The notes: a model not told the origin generated them from the letters alone. A stretch of DNA of 64,000 bases from Candidatus Omnitrophota bacterium (GCA_050258455.1 JBLMYT010000061.1:41049-105048); one strand, 5' to 3'; positions 51,262-60,801 are shown, counted from the first letter of the stretch. A program made the numbers and translations.

Positions 51262-52672
51262 TTTAAAAAAACTAGTGATCCTCTTATTGGCGTTGCCCTG
51301 CCTATTTGCCACCAAACCGTATTATGGCGGTGAAGTGACCATCCGCCTAAATGAACCGGACGATTTTACCAACAATCCCTCGAATTATTCGAATCTGGTG
51401 TTTTATTCGTTTATCTATGAGAACTTCTTTTATTTGACGAAAAACGGAGAAATTCTGACGCATATTTTTCAGGATTACCGTTACGATAAACAAACGCTGA
51501 CGTTGAACCTGCATCTGAAAGACGGTATCTGTTTTTCCAATGGAAAACCGGTCACCGCCGAGAGCATTGAAGGATCGTTGAAGCTGTTTATGGATATGAA
51601 TTTGGCATCGGGACGGAAATTAAGACGGGCCGTCAAACAAATTCGGGCATTGCCTCAGGAAAACCGGGTACTGATCGAGCTCATGCACGACGATCCCACG
51701 ATTGTCGGTACCCTGGCGTCTCCGGAATTGGTCCTGATTACGGGAAGCGGGGATGTATTTTCGGGTTTATTTTATCCCGTGGAATGGGAGAAAGGAAAAC
51801 ACATCGTCTTAAAGGCCAATCCGTTTTACCCCGGTGGGCGATGCTACCTCGATTCGCTTAAAGTGGTTTTTTATAACTACGATTATCCCGATGTGTTTTT
51901 GGGAGAACCCGCAACGGTGAAGGAAAAATTTTCGGCATGGGATCCCGGCGTCTATCAAAACGTGTACCTGGCTTTTCCCGGAGGAAAAGAGGAAAATTTC
52001 AGTATGAATGTCCGTGTCGCCCTGTATTCGCTCATGAAAGAGTTTTTTAAATCGCAGGCCAAAGGACAGAGCGTTTCCGAACATGCCGATTCGTATGCCG
52101 GTTTGGTGGATCTCAATACGCTGACCTCGAATGAAGAATCCCCGGTTTCCATGAACATCAAAACCTTTCCGGTCGCCAAAGTGCGATCGGTGTTACGCCA
52201 TTCCAAGATTAAGCTCTATATGGTGACCTCCTTAAAACTGAAGCACATGGAGGAGTCGTTTACTGCGTTTTTAAAGCAAGAAGCGATTCCGATCGAAACT
52301 GTGTATGTCCGAGATGATCAATTGCTCAATGTCATGACCAACACCCCGGTCAAATACCTGATTGTGGGAAAAATATTTAACCATCAGATGCCGGTTGAAG
52401 AGAAGATTAAAAAGATATTAAAAGAATTGAGTTTCGATAAATTTGATGAGGAATACCTCAAACTGGTCAATCAACTTGACGAGTTGAAAAATTTGAAAAA
52501 CGATGAATTGACAATGAACCTGGTGTCTACCATCACCTCCAAACTCATTCAGGATGGGGTGATCATGCCCCTTTACCAGAAACGGTATGCGCTTCTGGTT
52601 AAAGACCATATCAAGGGGATCGGGATGGATTACTTCGGAAGACCGATAGTCAATCAATGCCGGGTCAAGTAA
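51254..52672 (+). CDS. Family-5 (OppA/DppA-like) solute-binding protein
   Basis: Start placed at GTG 51254 (VSSLKKLVILLLALPCLFA signal, GGAG 8 nt upstream). LHLKDGICFSNGKPVTAESIEGSL and YPVEWEKGKHIVLKANPFYPGG fit the SBP_bac_5 pattern. Confidence 0.6.
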   Translation: MSSLKKLVILLLALPCLFATKPYYGGEVTIRLNEPDDFTNNPSNYSNLVFYSFIYENFFYLTKNGEILTHIFQDYRYDKQTLTLNLHLKDGICFSNGKPVTAESIEGSLKLFMDMNLASGRKLRRAVKQIRALPQENRVLIELMHDDPTIVGTLASPELVLITGSGDVFSGLFYPVEWEKGKHIVLKANPFYPGGRCYLDSLKVVFYNYDYPDVFLGEPATVKEKFSAWDPGVYQNVYLAFPGGKEENFSMNVRVALYSLMKEFFKSQAKGQSVSEHADSYAGLVDLNTLTSNEESPVSMNIKTFPVAKVRSVLRHSKIKLYMVTSLKLKHMEESFTAFLKQEAIPIETVYVRDDQLLNVMTNTPVKYLIVGKIFNHQMPVEEKIKKILKELSFDKFDEEYLKLVNQLDELKNLKNDELTMNLVSTITSKLIQDGVIMPLYQKRYALLVKDHIKGIGMDYFGRPIVNQCRVK

Positions 52673-52708
52673 GTTAAAGAAAACATACGAATAACAAAGG
52701 AGGAGACC

Positions 52709-53173
52709 ATGCGGCAAATAGTTTGGGTTTTGGGTATATTGGTATTTTTAATGTGGGGGGCATCTTCCGGTTTATACGCGTTGGAAGCCGGCTTAAATCT
52801 GGGGACCATCAGTGGGCCCCGAGAGACGTGCTATGGCGTCAGCGCCGGTATGGGAATGCTCATCCCGATGGTGAAGGTGGAATTGGAATATTATCGAGCA
52901 GCCAATGCCTATCCATTCCCGAACACCGCCACCGCGGGATTGAAGTTCCGCCCGAAATTCGGAGCCCTGGCTCCTTACGTGGGCGTTGGGATCGGGGCCG
53001 AGTTTGATCGCCTCAAATTAAAACTGGGTGAATACCAAAAGTTCTCGTTTATCGGCGGCGGTCTCCATCTCTTTTTGACAAGCATGATCTCGCTTCGCGG
53101 CGATGTCCGCTTCCTCCATTTTTCCGGCTACCGGCGCACCCGGATCAGCGGGGGGATATTTCTTCACTTATAA
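52709..53173 (+). CDS. Small outer-membrane beta-barrel protein
   Basis: Signal peptide, alternating-hydrophobic strands with aromatic girdle residues. Confidence 0.55.
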   Translation: MRQIVWVLGILVFLMWGASSGLYALEAGLNLGTISGPRETCYGVSAGMGMLIPMVKVELEYYRAANAYPFPNTATAGLKFRPKFGALAPYVGVGIGAEFDRLKLKLGEYQKFSFIGGGLHLFLTSMISLRGDVRFLHFSGYRRTRISGGIFLHL

Positions 53174-53202
53174 GATTTAACGTCTTGCCATTTATTTAAG
53201 AC

Positions 53203-54156
53203 TTACCATTTCTCGTAGATTTTAATATGACTATCCTTCTTTAAATCCTGGATAAAATCCTTCATCTTTTTATTTTCCTCTTCCTGCCTTAGTGTCCCTT
53301 CAATATCGTCCCGGACGCTTTTGTATTCCATAAATTGAGACTCCACTTTATTGGTCAATTGGAGGGCGTACCAGCCGGCCTTGGTCTCAATCCAGCCGCT
53401 GTGTTCTCCCTTCTTCAGGCCCAGCGCACTCTTTTCAAGCGCCGGATCGAGGTCTCCCTGTTTGAATTCACCCAGAAAAATTTCTTTATCCGGCAGTTCG
53501 GTATATTTTTTGGCCGTGTCTTCAAATTTCGACGCGGCGAGCTCGGCGTCGATGGCCTTCATTTTTTCCTGAAGCGAATCGGGAGTGGGATAATTGGATT
53601 TATTGAGAAAAATGCAATTGAGGGATACCTTGGCGGGCAAGGTGTAGTTTTGGATGTTTTTCTTATAGTATTCCATAATGGCCGAACTATCGATTTTGAT
53701 CTTGGAACCGATCATTTCATCGATATAGTGGCGCTGCATCTGGGTCTCCCTGGCCTGCTGCTTCCACTCTTCGAAATTTAATCCCTGAGAGGTCAGGGCT
53801 TGCTTGAGCTCATCGTCGGAATTGAGGTTATTCTCCTTTTTGACATTTTTAATGATCAGTTCCAATTCGCCATCGACATTGTAGTTTTTATCCTTTGCAA
53901 AAGAGAGAAGGACCTTCTGTTCGATCATGCGATCCAGAAGCGATTTTTTCATTTCTTCGATTTTATTTTGAAGCTCGTTGCCCTTATACTCCTGGGACAG
54001 GACCCCGGTCATCTGGATTTCGGTGCTCTTTAAATCCGTGTACGTAATCATTTCACCGTTGACAACCGCATATATCTTTTCAATAACCGTTGGCGCACCG
54101 GCGGCGTAAACACCGATGCTAAGCAGTGCCAGCGTTATTAGTATTCTTATTTTCAT
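53203..54156 (-). CDS. SurA-like periplasmic chaperone / parvulin-type peptidyl-prolyl isomerase
   Basis: Signal peptide. IYAVVNGEMITYTDL SurA-N-like start. C-terminal parvulin-like FEDTAKKYTE..LGEFKQGDLDPALEKSALGLKKGEHSGWIETKAGWYALQL. Confidence 0.75.
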   Translation of the reverse strand: MKIRILITLALLSIGVYAAGAPTVIEKIYAVVNGEMITYTDLKSTEIQMTGVLSQEYKGNELQNKIEEMKKSLLDRMIEQKVLLSFAKDKNYNVDGELELIIKNVKKENNLNSDDELKQALTSQGLNFEEWKQQARETQMQRHYIDEMIGSKIKIDSSAIMEYYKKNIQNYTLPAKVSLNCIFLNKSNYPTPDSLQEKMKAIDAELAASKFEDTAKKYTELPDKEIFLGEFKQGDLDPALEKSALGLKKGEHSGWIETKAGWYALQLTNKVESQFMEYKSVRDDIEGTLRQEEENKKMKDFIQDLKKDSHIKIYEKW

Positions 54157-55226
54157 TTTGAATCTCCTTCGTCATTCTCATTTTTTTGATAATTGAAGTT
54201 TAATTGGTTATACTCAACCGTCAGGTTTAAATTTTGTTTGGTGGTGCTTAGGAATTTTTGATAGGCATCTCTTATTTTTTCAGTCATCAGGATGTTTTGA
54301 ATATCCGGTTTGACTTTGTCGATGTAGAGCAAGCGTTCCTTTTTTTTGGATTCGACCTTGAAGATATGAAAGCCATACGTGGATTGAATCACCGGGCTAA
54401 TGGTGTTGGGGCTCAGGGCAAATACCACATCCTCCATATCCTTGGGGAGGGTGCCTTTTTCAAAAAAACCCATATCTCCGCCCTTATCCGCTTCCATTTT
54501 GGATTGAGACTCTTTTTTCGCCAATTCGGAGAATTTCTCCGGGTTGTTGGCGAGGATCCCCCGAATTCGCTCTGCCGTGTCTCGGTCTTTGACCAATATC
54601 TGGAATAAGTGAACTTCGGATTGTTTTCGGAACTGGTTGATGTTGTTGCGGTAATAGTCCTGGATTTCTTTCTCGGATACTTCGGTATTTTCATAGGCCT
54701 TATAGTACAAAAGTTTTTGCACTTTCACGGCATCCGAGATGGCGTTTTTATCGATGCGATCCTTGGGGATCTGGAGTTTGGCCAGCAATTTGTCGATTTC
54801 GTCTTCGCTTGCGGGAATGTGTTGTTGGGCAGCCGCATAAGAGAGGATTTTATGTTCGACAAAGGAATCAAACAAGCGGGACATAAACCGGGACGTATTG
54901 GTATACTGGGATTTGGTCGATTCCAGATTCGGGTAATTAATCCGCAGATAATTCCGGAAATCTCGGTTGGTGTATGTTTGGTTATTGATTTTAAGGATGA
55001 TTTTGGTGTCGCCAGGCGAAGCGGGAGAAGCCGTTCCGTCTTTGTCGTCTCCATTTTTTCCGGCAGGGTGCTTGCTCCCGGCGCATCCGATGTAAAACCA
55101 GAAAGCCAAACCGATCAATAGGATGTGTACCTTTTTTGTGCCCATATCTTCTTTTCGATAGTGATTCAATTTTATTTCTAACAGGGGATTATATACTATT
55201 TTTGCGTAACTTTCAAATATTTTCAA
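54153..55226 (-). CDS. Parvulin-type peptidyl-prolyl isomerase (PrsA/PpiD-like lipoprotein)
   Basis: Lipobox-like YIGC. HLFQILVKD..FSELAKKESQS..GGDMGFFEKGTLPKDMEDVVFAL..SPVIQSTYGFHIFKV. Confidence 0.8.
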   Translation of the reverse strand: MKIFESYAKIVYNPLLEIKLNHYRKEDMGTKKVHILLIGLAFWFYIGCAGSKHPAGKNGDDKDGTASPASPGDTKIILKINNQTYTNRDFRNYLRINYPNLESTKSQYTNTSRFMSRLFDSFVEHKILSYAAAQQHIPASEDEIDKLLAKLQIPKDRIDKNAISDAVKVQKLLYYKAYENTEVSEKEIQDYYRNNINQFRKQSEVHLFQILVKDRDTAERIRGILANNPEKFSELAKKESQSKMEADKGGDMGFFEKGTLPKDMEDVVFALSPNTISPVIQSTYGFHIFKVESKKKERLLYIDKVKPDIQNILMTEKIRDAYQKFLSTTKQNLNLTVEYNQLNFNYQKNENDEGDSK

Positions 55227-55287
55227 TAAATAATACCGGTAATTTCCGCCGATTGACCCGGATGGCTAAATTCGGATTTAAAAAGAT

Positions 55288-57156
55288 TTAACGGTAAGGG
55301 TTGGCGGGCAGGGCCAGATTCAAATACCGATCATCCATGTGTAACACCAGATCCTTTTCCATCAAATCGGCCAGTGTTTTCTGAAGCCATTCCACGTCGT
55401 CGTCAAAACGCTTGGTCAGGGCATCCCAACTGCTGGCATCATCCAGAAATTCAATCAACTCGGCTTCCCGATCCATATACACATACCGGCAGAGTACGCC
55501 GCTTCGGGTGTCTTCCACATGGACCGTGTCCACGGATTTGTGGTACCGCAGTTTGGGCCGACTCCCGGTTTCCCAGCGCTTTTTCCATTCGGCGACTTTG
55601 GAAAGGATGTTGCGATAATTGGATACCTCCGGCGTATTTCCGACTTTGTGCATGAAGTAATACGACACGTGCTGGAGGTCAAAGCGTTCCCCGGGAAAAA
55701 TGTAATTGTAACAATAGGCCGGGATCATATCGGATATGGCGTAATCCCAGCGATTCAGATACATCGGAGACCCCCGTTCGGCCCGTGCGCGCGTAATCGC
55801 GTAAGGCGGCTGAAAATGCGGAATTTTGGAAATGACCTTGCACTGCAATTCATAATCCTCAATGGTTTCACCCGGGAAACCAAAGAGAAGGTTATACAAA
55901 TCGACAATCCCATAGTAGGTACACCACTTGACGAATTCAATATTGCGAATACCGATGATGTGCTTCTTCATCAATTGGAGGATATGGGTGGAAAAGCTCT
56001 CGATACCGGGCTGAACGGAGAAGAGTCCCCCGCTTTTCAGGCGCTTTAACTGAGCCCGGGTGAAACACGGCCTCACTTCGTAATGGATCAGAAAGTCCGA
56101 CCGATTATCGGCCAGCCGACCGAACACCTTCTCAATGTACTCCGGGGCCATAATATTATCGATGGCATTGAAATACAGGTAATTGTACTTTCGGGAAAGC
56201 GTTTTGAGCATGCCCAACACATTTTCGGCACTCTTGCAGCGAAACTCCAAACCCGCGCGGTTCAAGCCGCAAAACGTGCAGTGATTTTTCATGCCCCACC
56301 AGCATCCCCGGGCGGTCTCAATCGGTAACATGGGATTTTTTTTGCCCGGAAATTGCGCAGAACTGTACCCGCTTTCCTTATAAGCGTAGAAGTACTCGTC
56401 ATAATCGGGAACCGGTGTGATGTCCATATTATTCAATATGGGAGACCTGCCATTGTAAATGATCTGGCCGTCTTTTCGCCACATCAAGCCCGGTAACCCC
56501 TCCATCGACTCGTCTCGTTCCAGCCGGTGGATCATCTCGGGTAAGGTCTTATCGGCATCCCCGCAATGGATGTAATCGATAAACGGGCACCCGGTCATGA
56601 TGCTTTCCGCAATGTCATCTTCGAAGGTTCCGCCGCCAAAAATAATCGGGATATGCGGGTAGCGTCCCTTAAGGGCTCGCGCCAGGGCAATACTGGACGC
56701 CATCTGCTGAAAGACCACCGAGAACCCAATCAGTTGAAAACGGCTCCAGTCGATGCGATTCAGGCAAAATTCAATAAACGAAAAGGTTTTGTTGTTTCGA
56801 ATTTCCAGGAGATCGTCGATCGTACAATCGGCTTGGTTGCACAGGTCCTCCAGGCTCTCCTTGTAGTAACTGATGTAGTCTTTGTCCTCGTTGAACTGAC
56901 CAAAGGCGGCTTTGGACCAGATCCACTCGCCGGCAATACAGGGGCGGGCCTCGGAGAGCACTTCATTGAGCGTATATCCGATATGCATCCCAAAGTACAT
57001 ATACATCGAAAAGGTCTGCACATCGATCCCTTCGCGCTGAAGGGTGGGTTTGAGTAATGCCAACTGAAAGGATGGCAAATAACCTGCCAATACCGGCATA
57101 CTGACCAATGCCGTCCGGATTTTGGTTGTTTTGTCTTCGTTTGATTCACCCATCAA
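55288..57156 (-). CDS. B12-binding-domain radical SAM enzyme of the RiPP-maturation C-methyltransferase type
   Basis: N-terminal ALVSMPVLAGYLPSFQLALLKPTL. IFGGGTFED B12-like region. Cluster motif ARGCWWGMKNHCTFCGLN (Cx7Cx2C, nt 56269-56304). From memory this matches the family TIGRFAMs names rSAM_ocin_1. Confidence 0.75.
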   Translation of the reverse strand: MMGESNEDKTTKIRTALVSMPVLAGYLPSFQLALLKPTLQREGIDVQTFSMYMYFGMHIGYTLNEVLSEARPCIAGEWIWSKAAFGQFNEDKDYISYYKESLEDLCNQADCTIDDLLEIRNNKTFSFIEFCLNRIDWSRFQLIGFSVVFQQMASSIALARALKGRYPHIPIIFGGGTFEDDIAESIMTGCPFIDYIHCGDADKTLPEMIHRLERDESMEGLPGLMWRKDGQIIYNGRSPILNNMDITPVPDYDEYFYAYKESGYSSAQFPGKKNPMLPIETARGCWWGMKNHCTFCGLNRAGLEFRCKSAENVLGMLKTLSRKYNYLYFNAIDNIMAPEYIEKVFGRLADNRSDFLIHYEVRPCFTRAQLKRLKSGGLFSVQPGIESFSTHILQLMKKHIIGIRNIEFVKWCTYYGIVDLYNLLFGFPGETIEDYELQCKVISKIPHFQPPYAITRARAERGSPMYLNRWDYAISDMIPAYCYNYIFPGERFDLQHVSYYFMHKVGNTPEVSNYRNILSKVAEWKKRWETGSRPKLRYHKSVDTVHVEDTRSGVLCRYVYMDREAELIEFLDDASSWDALTKRFDDDVEWLQKTLADLMEKDLVLHMDDRYLNLALPANPYR

Positions 57157-57204
57157 ATTCCCCCTAAATTTAAATTTTAAATTTAATTCTTTATTCTTTT
57201 AAAT

Positions 57205-60057
57205 TTAATTTGCCAACAGTTTTAAAACGGCTGCCAGGGTATGTTGAACAAAATCGGTTCGGATGTCGCTTTGATACAGGCTGGCTCGAACGCCTCCCAA
57301 CGCCCACTCCGAATTGGGCAATATCGGAGCGTCTCGCTCCTGAATGATCAGGCGATCCAAAAAACCGACCCCTTTCAAACAGGCCTCCCGATACCGGTCC
57401 GCCCGTCTCCGTTCTCCCAAAACCGTCGCCAGTGTCGCCGCATCCCCCAGCCCTTCCAGGTACAGGGCCGTGGTAAACCCCGGCGTATCGGGTTGGTGAT
57501 CATTCCAAAAGCCGCCTCCTTTTTGATCCTGAAATTCCAGGATCCACTCGCCGATTTCGAAAACAAAGGCTGCAAATTCGGGTTCATGGGTGACCAAAAA
57601 CCATTCGCTAAAGGCTTGCATCATCCACGAGACCTGACCGAAATCACGCTTGTACCGAAATCGCCGACGGTAGAATTCAAAGGCACGCTGCAATTTTACC
57701 GCGTCCACCGTACTGATTCCGACCCGGCACGCCTTACCCAGCGCCAGCAACATCTGGCCCGGAAAGTAATCCTGAAACCCATCGTTGTCCATGGCAGGGT
57801 CTAAAAAGACCTCGACTTTACCGTGACGGTTGATGCGAGACCACAAGGTGTCGGCGATTTGAGACCCGATGGTCCGATATATTTCAACATCCGGCGAATG
57901 AGAAATCGCCAACAGCAAAAAGCTACTTTCCGAAACCGACGGGCTGTTGTCTTCCTGTTTGAGCCATACCTGGCCATGGGGATCCGATTCCACCAGGTTT
58001 AACAGATACGAAAGGAGTTTGGCCGAAGATTCCCGGACCTCCGAACGGTTGGTTTTTTCGCCCAGAACCATCAGCGCCCAACATGCGTGTGCCAGCCGCG
58101 GCAGGTCGACTTTTTCCGTGAGCGTGTCCGTGAAAGGGGAATAGTGAAAATACAACGCCCCATCTTCCTTTTGAAGCCGCAGGAGATAATCGGAAAGCAG
58201 CCGGGCATCGTACTCAAGGTTTTCTTCCGGATGATCCGAGGGGGGGGCAATGGGAAACATCCCCTTCATCATTCGGGGTTCCTGACCCGGCACCACCATC
58301 CAGGTTTGGCATTCGTACCGCCGCCAGTGATACGGCGGTCGGGTAATCCCGGCTTTATCGATGACCTCCAGGGCGTACGCGTCCGGCGTGAGGTTGAGTA
58401 ACGCGGCGGTAAAGGGGAGCAGCAGCCCGCTCCGCTTTCCTTGAGAGACCATGAGGGCCTGCTCACCGAAACGGATCCGGACCATGATCTCGTCGGGAGG
58501 AAGAACACCGATATCCAGCGGATCTCGGAGAAAGGAGACGGTCACTGCGGTGCAATTGGCTATCGGGGATTCCCCAAAGCGGGAATCGGCGATCACTTGG
58601 TGGCATATCGTTTGAAGATCCTCGTCCAGATGAGCGATCGTTGAGCCCATGCATCCTTTTAGTTTTCCCTCTTCATAAACGGTGACGAAAATCGAATCCA
58701 GATCCGTAAACATGAGATTATCCGGCAGAGGGTCGGTCGAGGGAGGCGTGTGAGCGAGCGTGGACGTCACCAGATCCAATGCCCGATGGGCAATCTTTCC
58801 TGCGGCCTGGAGATCGGCGTACCATTCCCAGGTATCGTGTTTGGGTACGCCGGTGGGTTGCCAAACTTCATTCGGTTCCACCACTTTGACCACATCGTGG
58901 CGGAGAATTCGGTAAGGCTCGAAACGAACAAGACCGGCGTTTTTGATTCGGGCATGTTGAAACTGCATCCAGGAATTGGAAATCCCGGGCATGCGGGGCA
59001 GGGCGCCCCCCATGACTCCCGGGCGTTCCCGGCTGAGTACCACAATCCCATACCGGTCATTATCCAGTTCACCCACCGTGCATTCTTCCATGGCGGAAAA
59101 AAACGTGACCGCAACCGCACTTTCTTGCAATTGCTTCTTTCCGGCGTCTCCCTTCTCCAACTTGAGGACCGTCTTTAACGCCGCCCGAACCAAATCTTCG
59201 CCGATCGGCCCAAAAGACTCGCCGGGAAAATGCCACATGCCTTCCCGAGCATGACGCTGGTAAATGTCGGACCGAGGACGGACGCTGACCCAAACCCCTC
59301 CCGCACCGTCAACCTCCCGATCCAGACTCAACGGCGGACGAAGAAGCGTCCCGGAATCCAGATACTCGTTCAGGACCAATCGGGCCAGAACGGCCGGATG
59401 CATTCCTTCGGGAGCATGCCGGTTATTCCAGGTAAAATCCGGGTAGAGTTTGGTCGGATTCAAGACCGGGCGGGGTTCATTTTCCATATGGACCATGACG
59501 TCTTCCCAGATATCAAAGAGGGCTTCCATATGATACCCCAATTCCTGCATCTTGCCAAACCCATTGTACCACCCGAAACGCACCAGGCAGACCCCGCCTT
59601 CGACACAAAAACCCTCCTCTTCCAGCCGTCTGCGGCATTCCAACATCGTCCGGCCCGAACTGATCGAGTCATCCACGATGATCACCGGTTCGTCCTTGTG
59701 GATTCGCCCTTCAATGGATTTGCGCGAACCATAGGTTTTGATTTCTTTGCGAACCAGGAGCCCTTCGTAACGCCCGTCCGACTGGAGGATGCAGGAAGCC
59801 ATGAGCGGGATCCCGATGGTGCCGTAGGTGGCCAGGGTATGCCCATTAAAGGTTTCCAGTAGTTTCAAGAGACAGCGGCCAGCCAGGCGAAGGCCTTCGG
59901 TTGTCAGGGACACGCCCAGGGAATCCAACATCCAGCGCGCCGGTTTTCCATCGCCCGACAGAACCGGACGCTCGGGCGTCCCGTAATAGATCCCGTCTTT
60001 AAGCAAAAGCGCCAGTAAACGGTTTTTTTCGTTTGAAAATTGTTCTTTTCCATCCAT
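57205..60057 (-). CDS. Fusion protein: type I phosphoribosyltransferase + two AMMECR1-like domains + C-terminal helical-repeat (alpha/alpha-toroid-like) domain
   Basis: PRTase PRPP loop VIIVDDSISSGRTM (aa 125-138). AMMECR1-like GKLKGCMGST..DSRF..GLLLPF, plus a degenerate upstream copy (GIVVLS..GGALPRMPG..ARIKNAGL). The C-terminal ~330 aa are helical repeats (domain assignment there is inference only). Confidence 0.7.
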   Translation of the reverse strand: MDGKEQFSNEKNRLLALLLKDGIYYGTPERPVLSGDGKPARWMLDSLGVSLTTEGLRLAGRCLLKLLETFNGHTLATYGTIGIPLMASCILQSDGRYEGLLVRKEIKTYGSRKSIEGRIHKDEPVIIVDDSISSGRTMLECRRRLEEEGFCVEGGVCLVRFGWYNGFGKMQELGYHMEALFDIWEDVMVHMENEPRPVLNPTKLYPDFTWNNRHAPEGMHPAVLARLVLNEYLDSGTLLRPPLSLDREVDGAGGVWVSVRPRSDIYQRHAREGMWHFPGESFGPIGEDLVRAALKTVLKLEKGDAGKKQLQESAVAVTFFSAMEECTVGELDNDRYGIVVLSRERPGVMGGALPRMPGISNSWMQFQHARIKNAGLVRFEPYRILRHDVVKVVEPNEVWQPTGVPKHDTWEWYADLQAAGKIAHRALDLVTSTLAHTPPSTDPLPDNLMFTDLDSIFVTVYEEGKLKGCMGSTIAHLDEDLQTICHQVIADSRFGESPIANCTAVTVSFLRDPLDIGVLPPDEIMVRIRFGEQALMVSQGKRSGLLLPFTAALLNLTPDAYALEVIDKAGITRPPYHWRRYECQTWMVVPGQEPRMMKGMFPIAPPSDHPEENLEYDARLLSDYLLRLQKEDGALYFHYSPFTDTLTEKVDLPRLAHACWALMVLGEKTNRSEVRESSAKLLSYLLNLVESDPHGQVWLKQEDNSPSVSESSFLLLAISHSPDVEIYRTIGSQIADTLWSRINRHGKVEVFLDPAMDNDGFQDYFPGQMLLALGKACRVGISTVDAVKLQRAFEFYRRRFRYKRDFGQVSWMMQAFSEWFLVTHEPEFAAFVFEIGEWILEFQDQKGGGFWNDHQPDTPGFTTALYLEGLGDAATLATVLGERRRADRYREACLKGVGFLDRLIIQERDAPILPNSEWALGGVRASLYQSDIRTDFVQHTLAAVLKLLAN

Positions 60058-60136
60058 GTGTTTACCCTTACTCGGAATTTTTGAGATTCCGAAAACTCGC
60101 CAATGATACGATTAAACGATAAAAACGATTAATGAA

Positions 60137-60646
60137 TTATTTGGGTTGTCGAACTTCCGGGGCCACTTCGACGACAATGCCGGGGGGACCATACGGGGCA
60201 ACCTCCACCTGAACCGGTGTGATCCCGATTCGAATCGGCGCTATTTCGACAACCGGGTGATAGGGGACTGTTTCCGGTGCAATCTCGACAACGATCCCTC
60301 CCGGGCGACCCCAACCGGATGGGCTGGGCGCCATTTCCACAATGGGTTTCGGTCGCCAATACGGCGGCCCAACTTCCGTGGCCACTTCCGGATGAGGGCC
60401 AGGGTGTCTGACCTCATACCTGACCTCATATGCCACTTCCGGATGGGGCGGAATAAATACGGCAATTTCCGGATGCGTCGGCACCTGCGGTGCTATTTCC
60501 GGCATTATTTCGGGTGCTATTTCCACGATGATCCCCGAATGGATCGGCGCCCGATAATCCGGCCTTGCATTTTTTAACGTCGGTACATCCCCCTCAGGTG
60601 AAATTTTCCCTGATTTTGATACGACATTTGGTTTTTTTTCTGCCAT
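60137..60646 (-). CDS. 169-aa Pro/Glu/Val/Ile-rich repeat protein, candidate modified-peptide precursor
   Basis: Strong RBS AGGAGGAGGAG 5 nt upstream of the ATG. About 10 copies of [PV]E[IVM]A[PVYT] (VEIAPE x3, VEVAP x2, VEMAP, PEIAP, PEIAV, PEVAY, PEVAT). No signal peptide and no Cys. Confidence 0.65.
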   Translation of the reverse strand: MAEKKPNVVSKSGKISPEGDVPTLKNARPDYRAPIHSGIIVEIAPEIMPEIAPQVPTHPEIAVFIPPHPEVAYEVRYEVRHPGPHPEVATEVGPPYWRPKPIVEMAPSPSGWGRPGGIVVEIAPETVPYHPVVEIAPIRIGITPVQVEVAPYGPPGIVVEVAPEVRQPK

Positions 60647-60740
60647 CTTCTCCTCCTCCTAAAGGACTTTATTTAAATCATCTTTCATTTAAATAAGAAT
60701 CAAAAGTCCAAAATACTATAAATACTTTTTGTCCCACACG

Positions 60741-60769
60741 GTTATAGCACAGCGATTTTCAAAAAGCAA
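60741..60769 (-). promoter_or_regulatory. Possible sigma-70 promoter for the repeat-peptide operon
   Basis: Minus strand: TTGCTT (60764-60769), 17 nt, TATAAC (60741-60746). Confidence 0.3.
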
Positions 60770-60801
60770 TACTCGGGGTAAGCAAATTTTTATTTTACGA
60801 T

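Noticed and set aside
60146-60577. 143-aa + strand ORF antisense to the repeat-peptide gene
   Set aside because: The minus-strand ORF has a very strong RBS (AGGAGGAGGAG) at correct spacing and fits the operon orientation. The + strand ORF has no comparable signal. Strand assignment still needs expression data.
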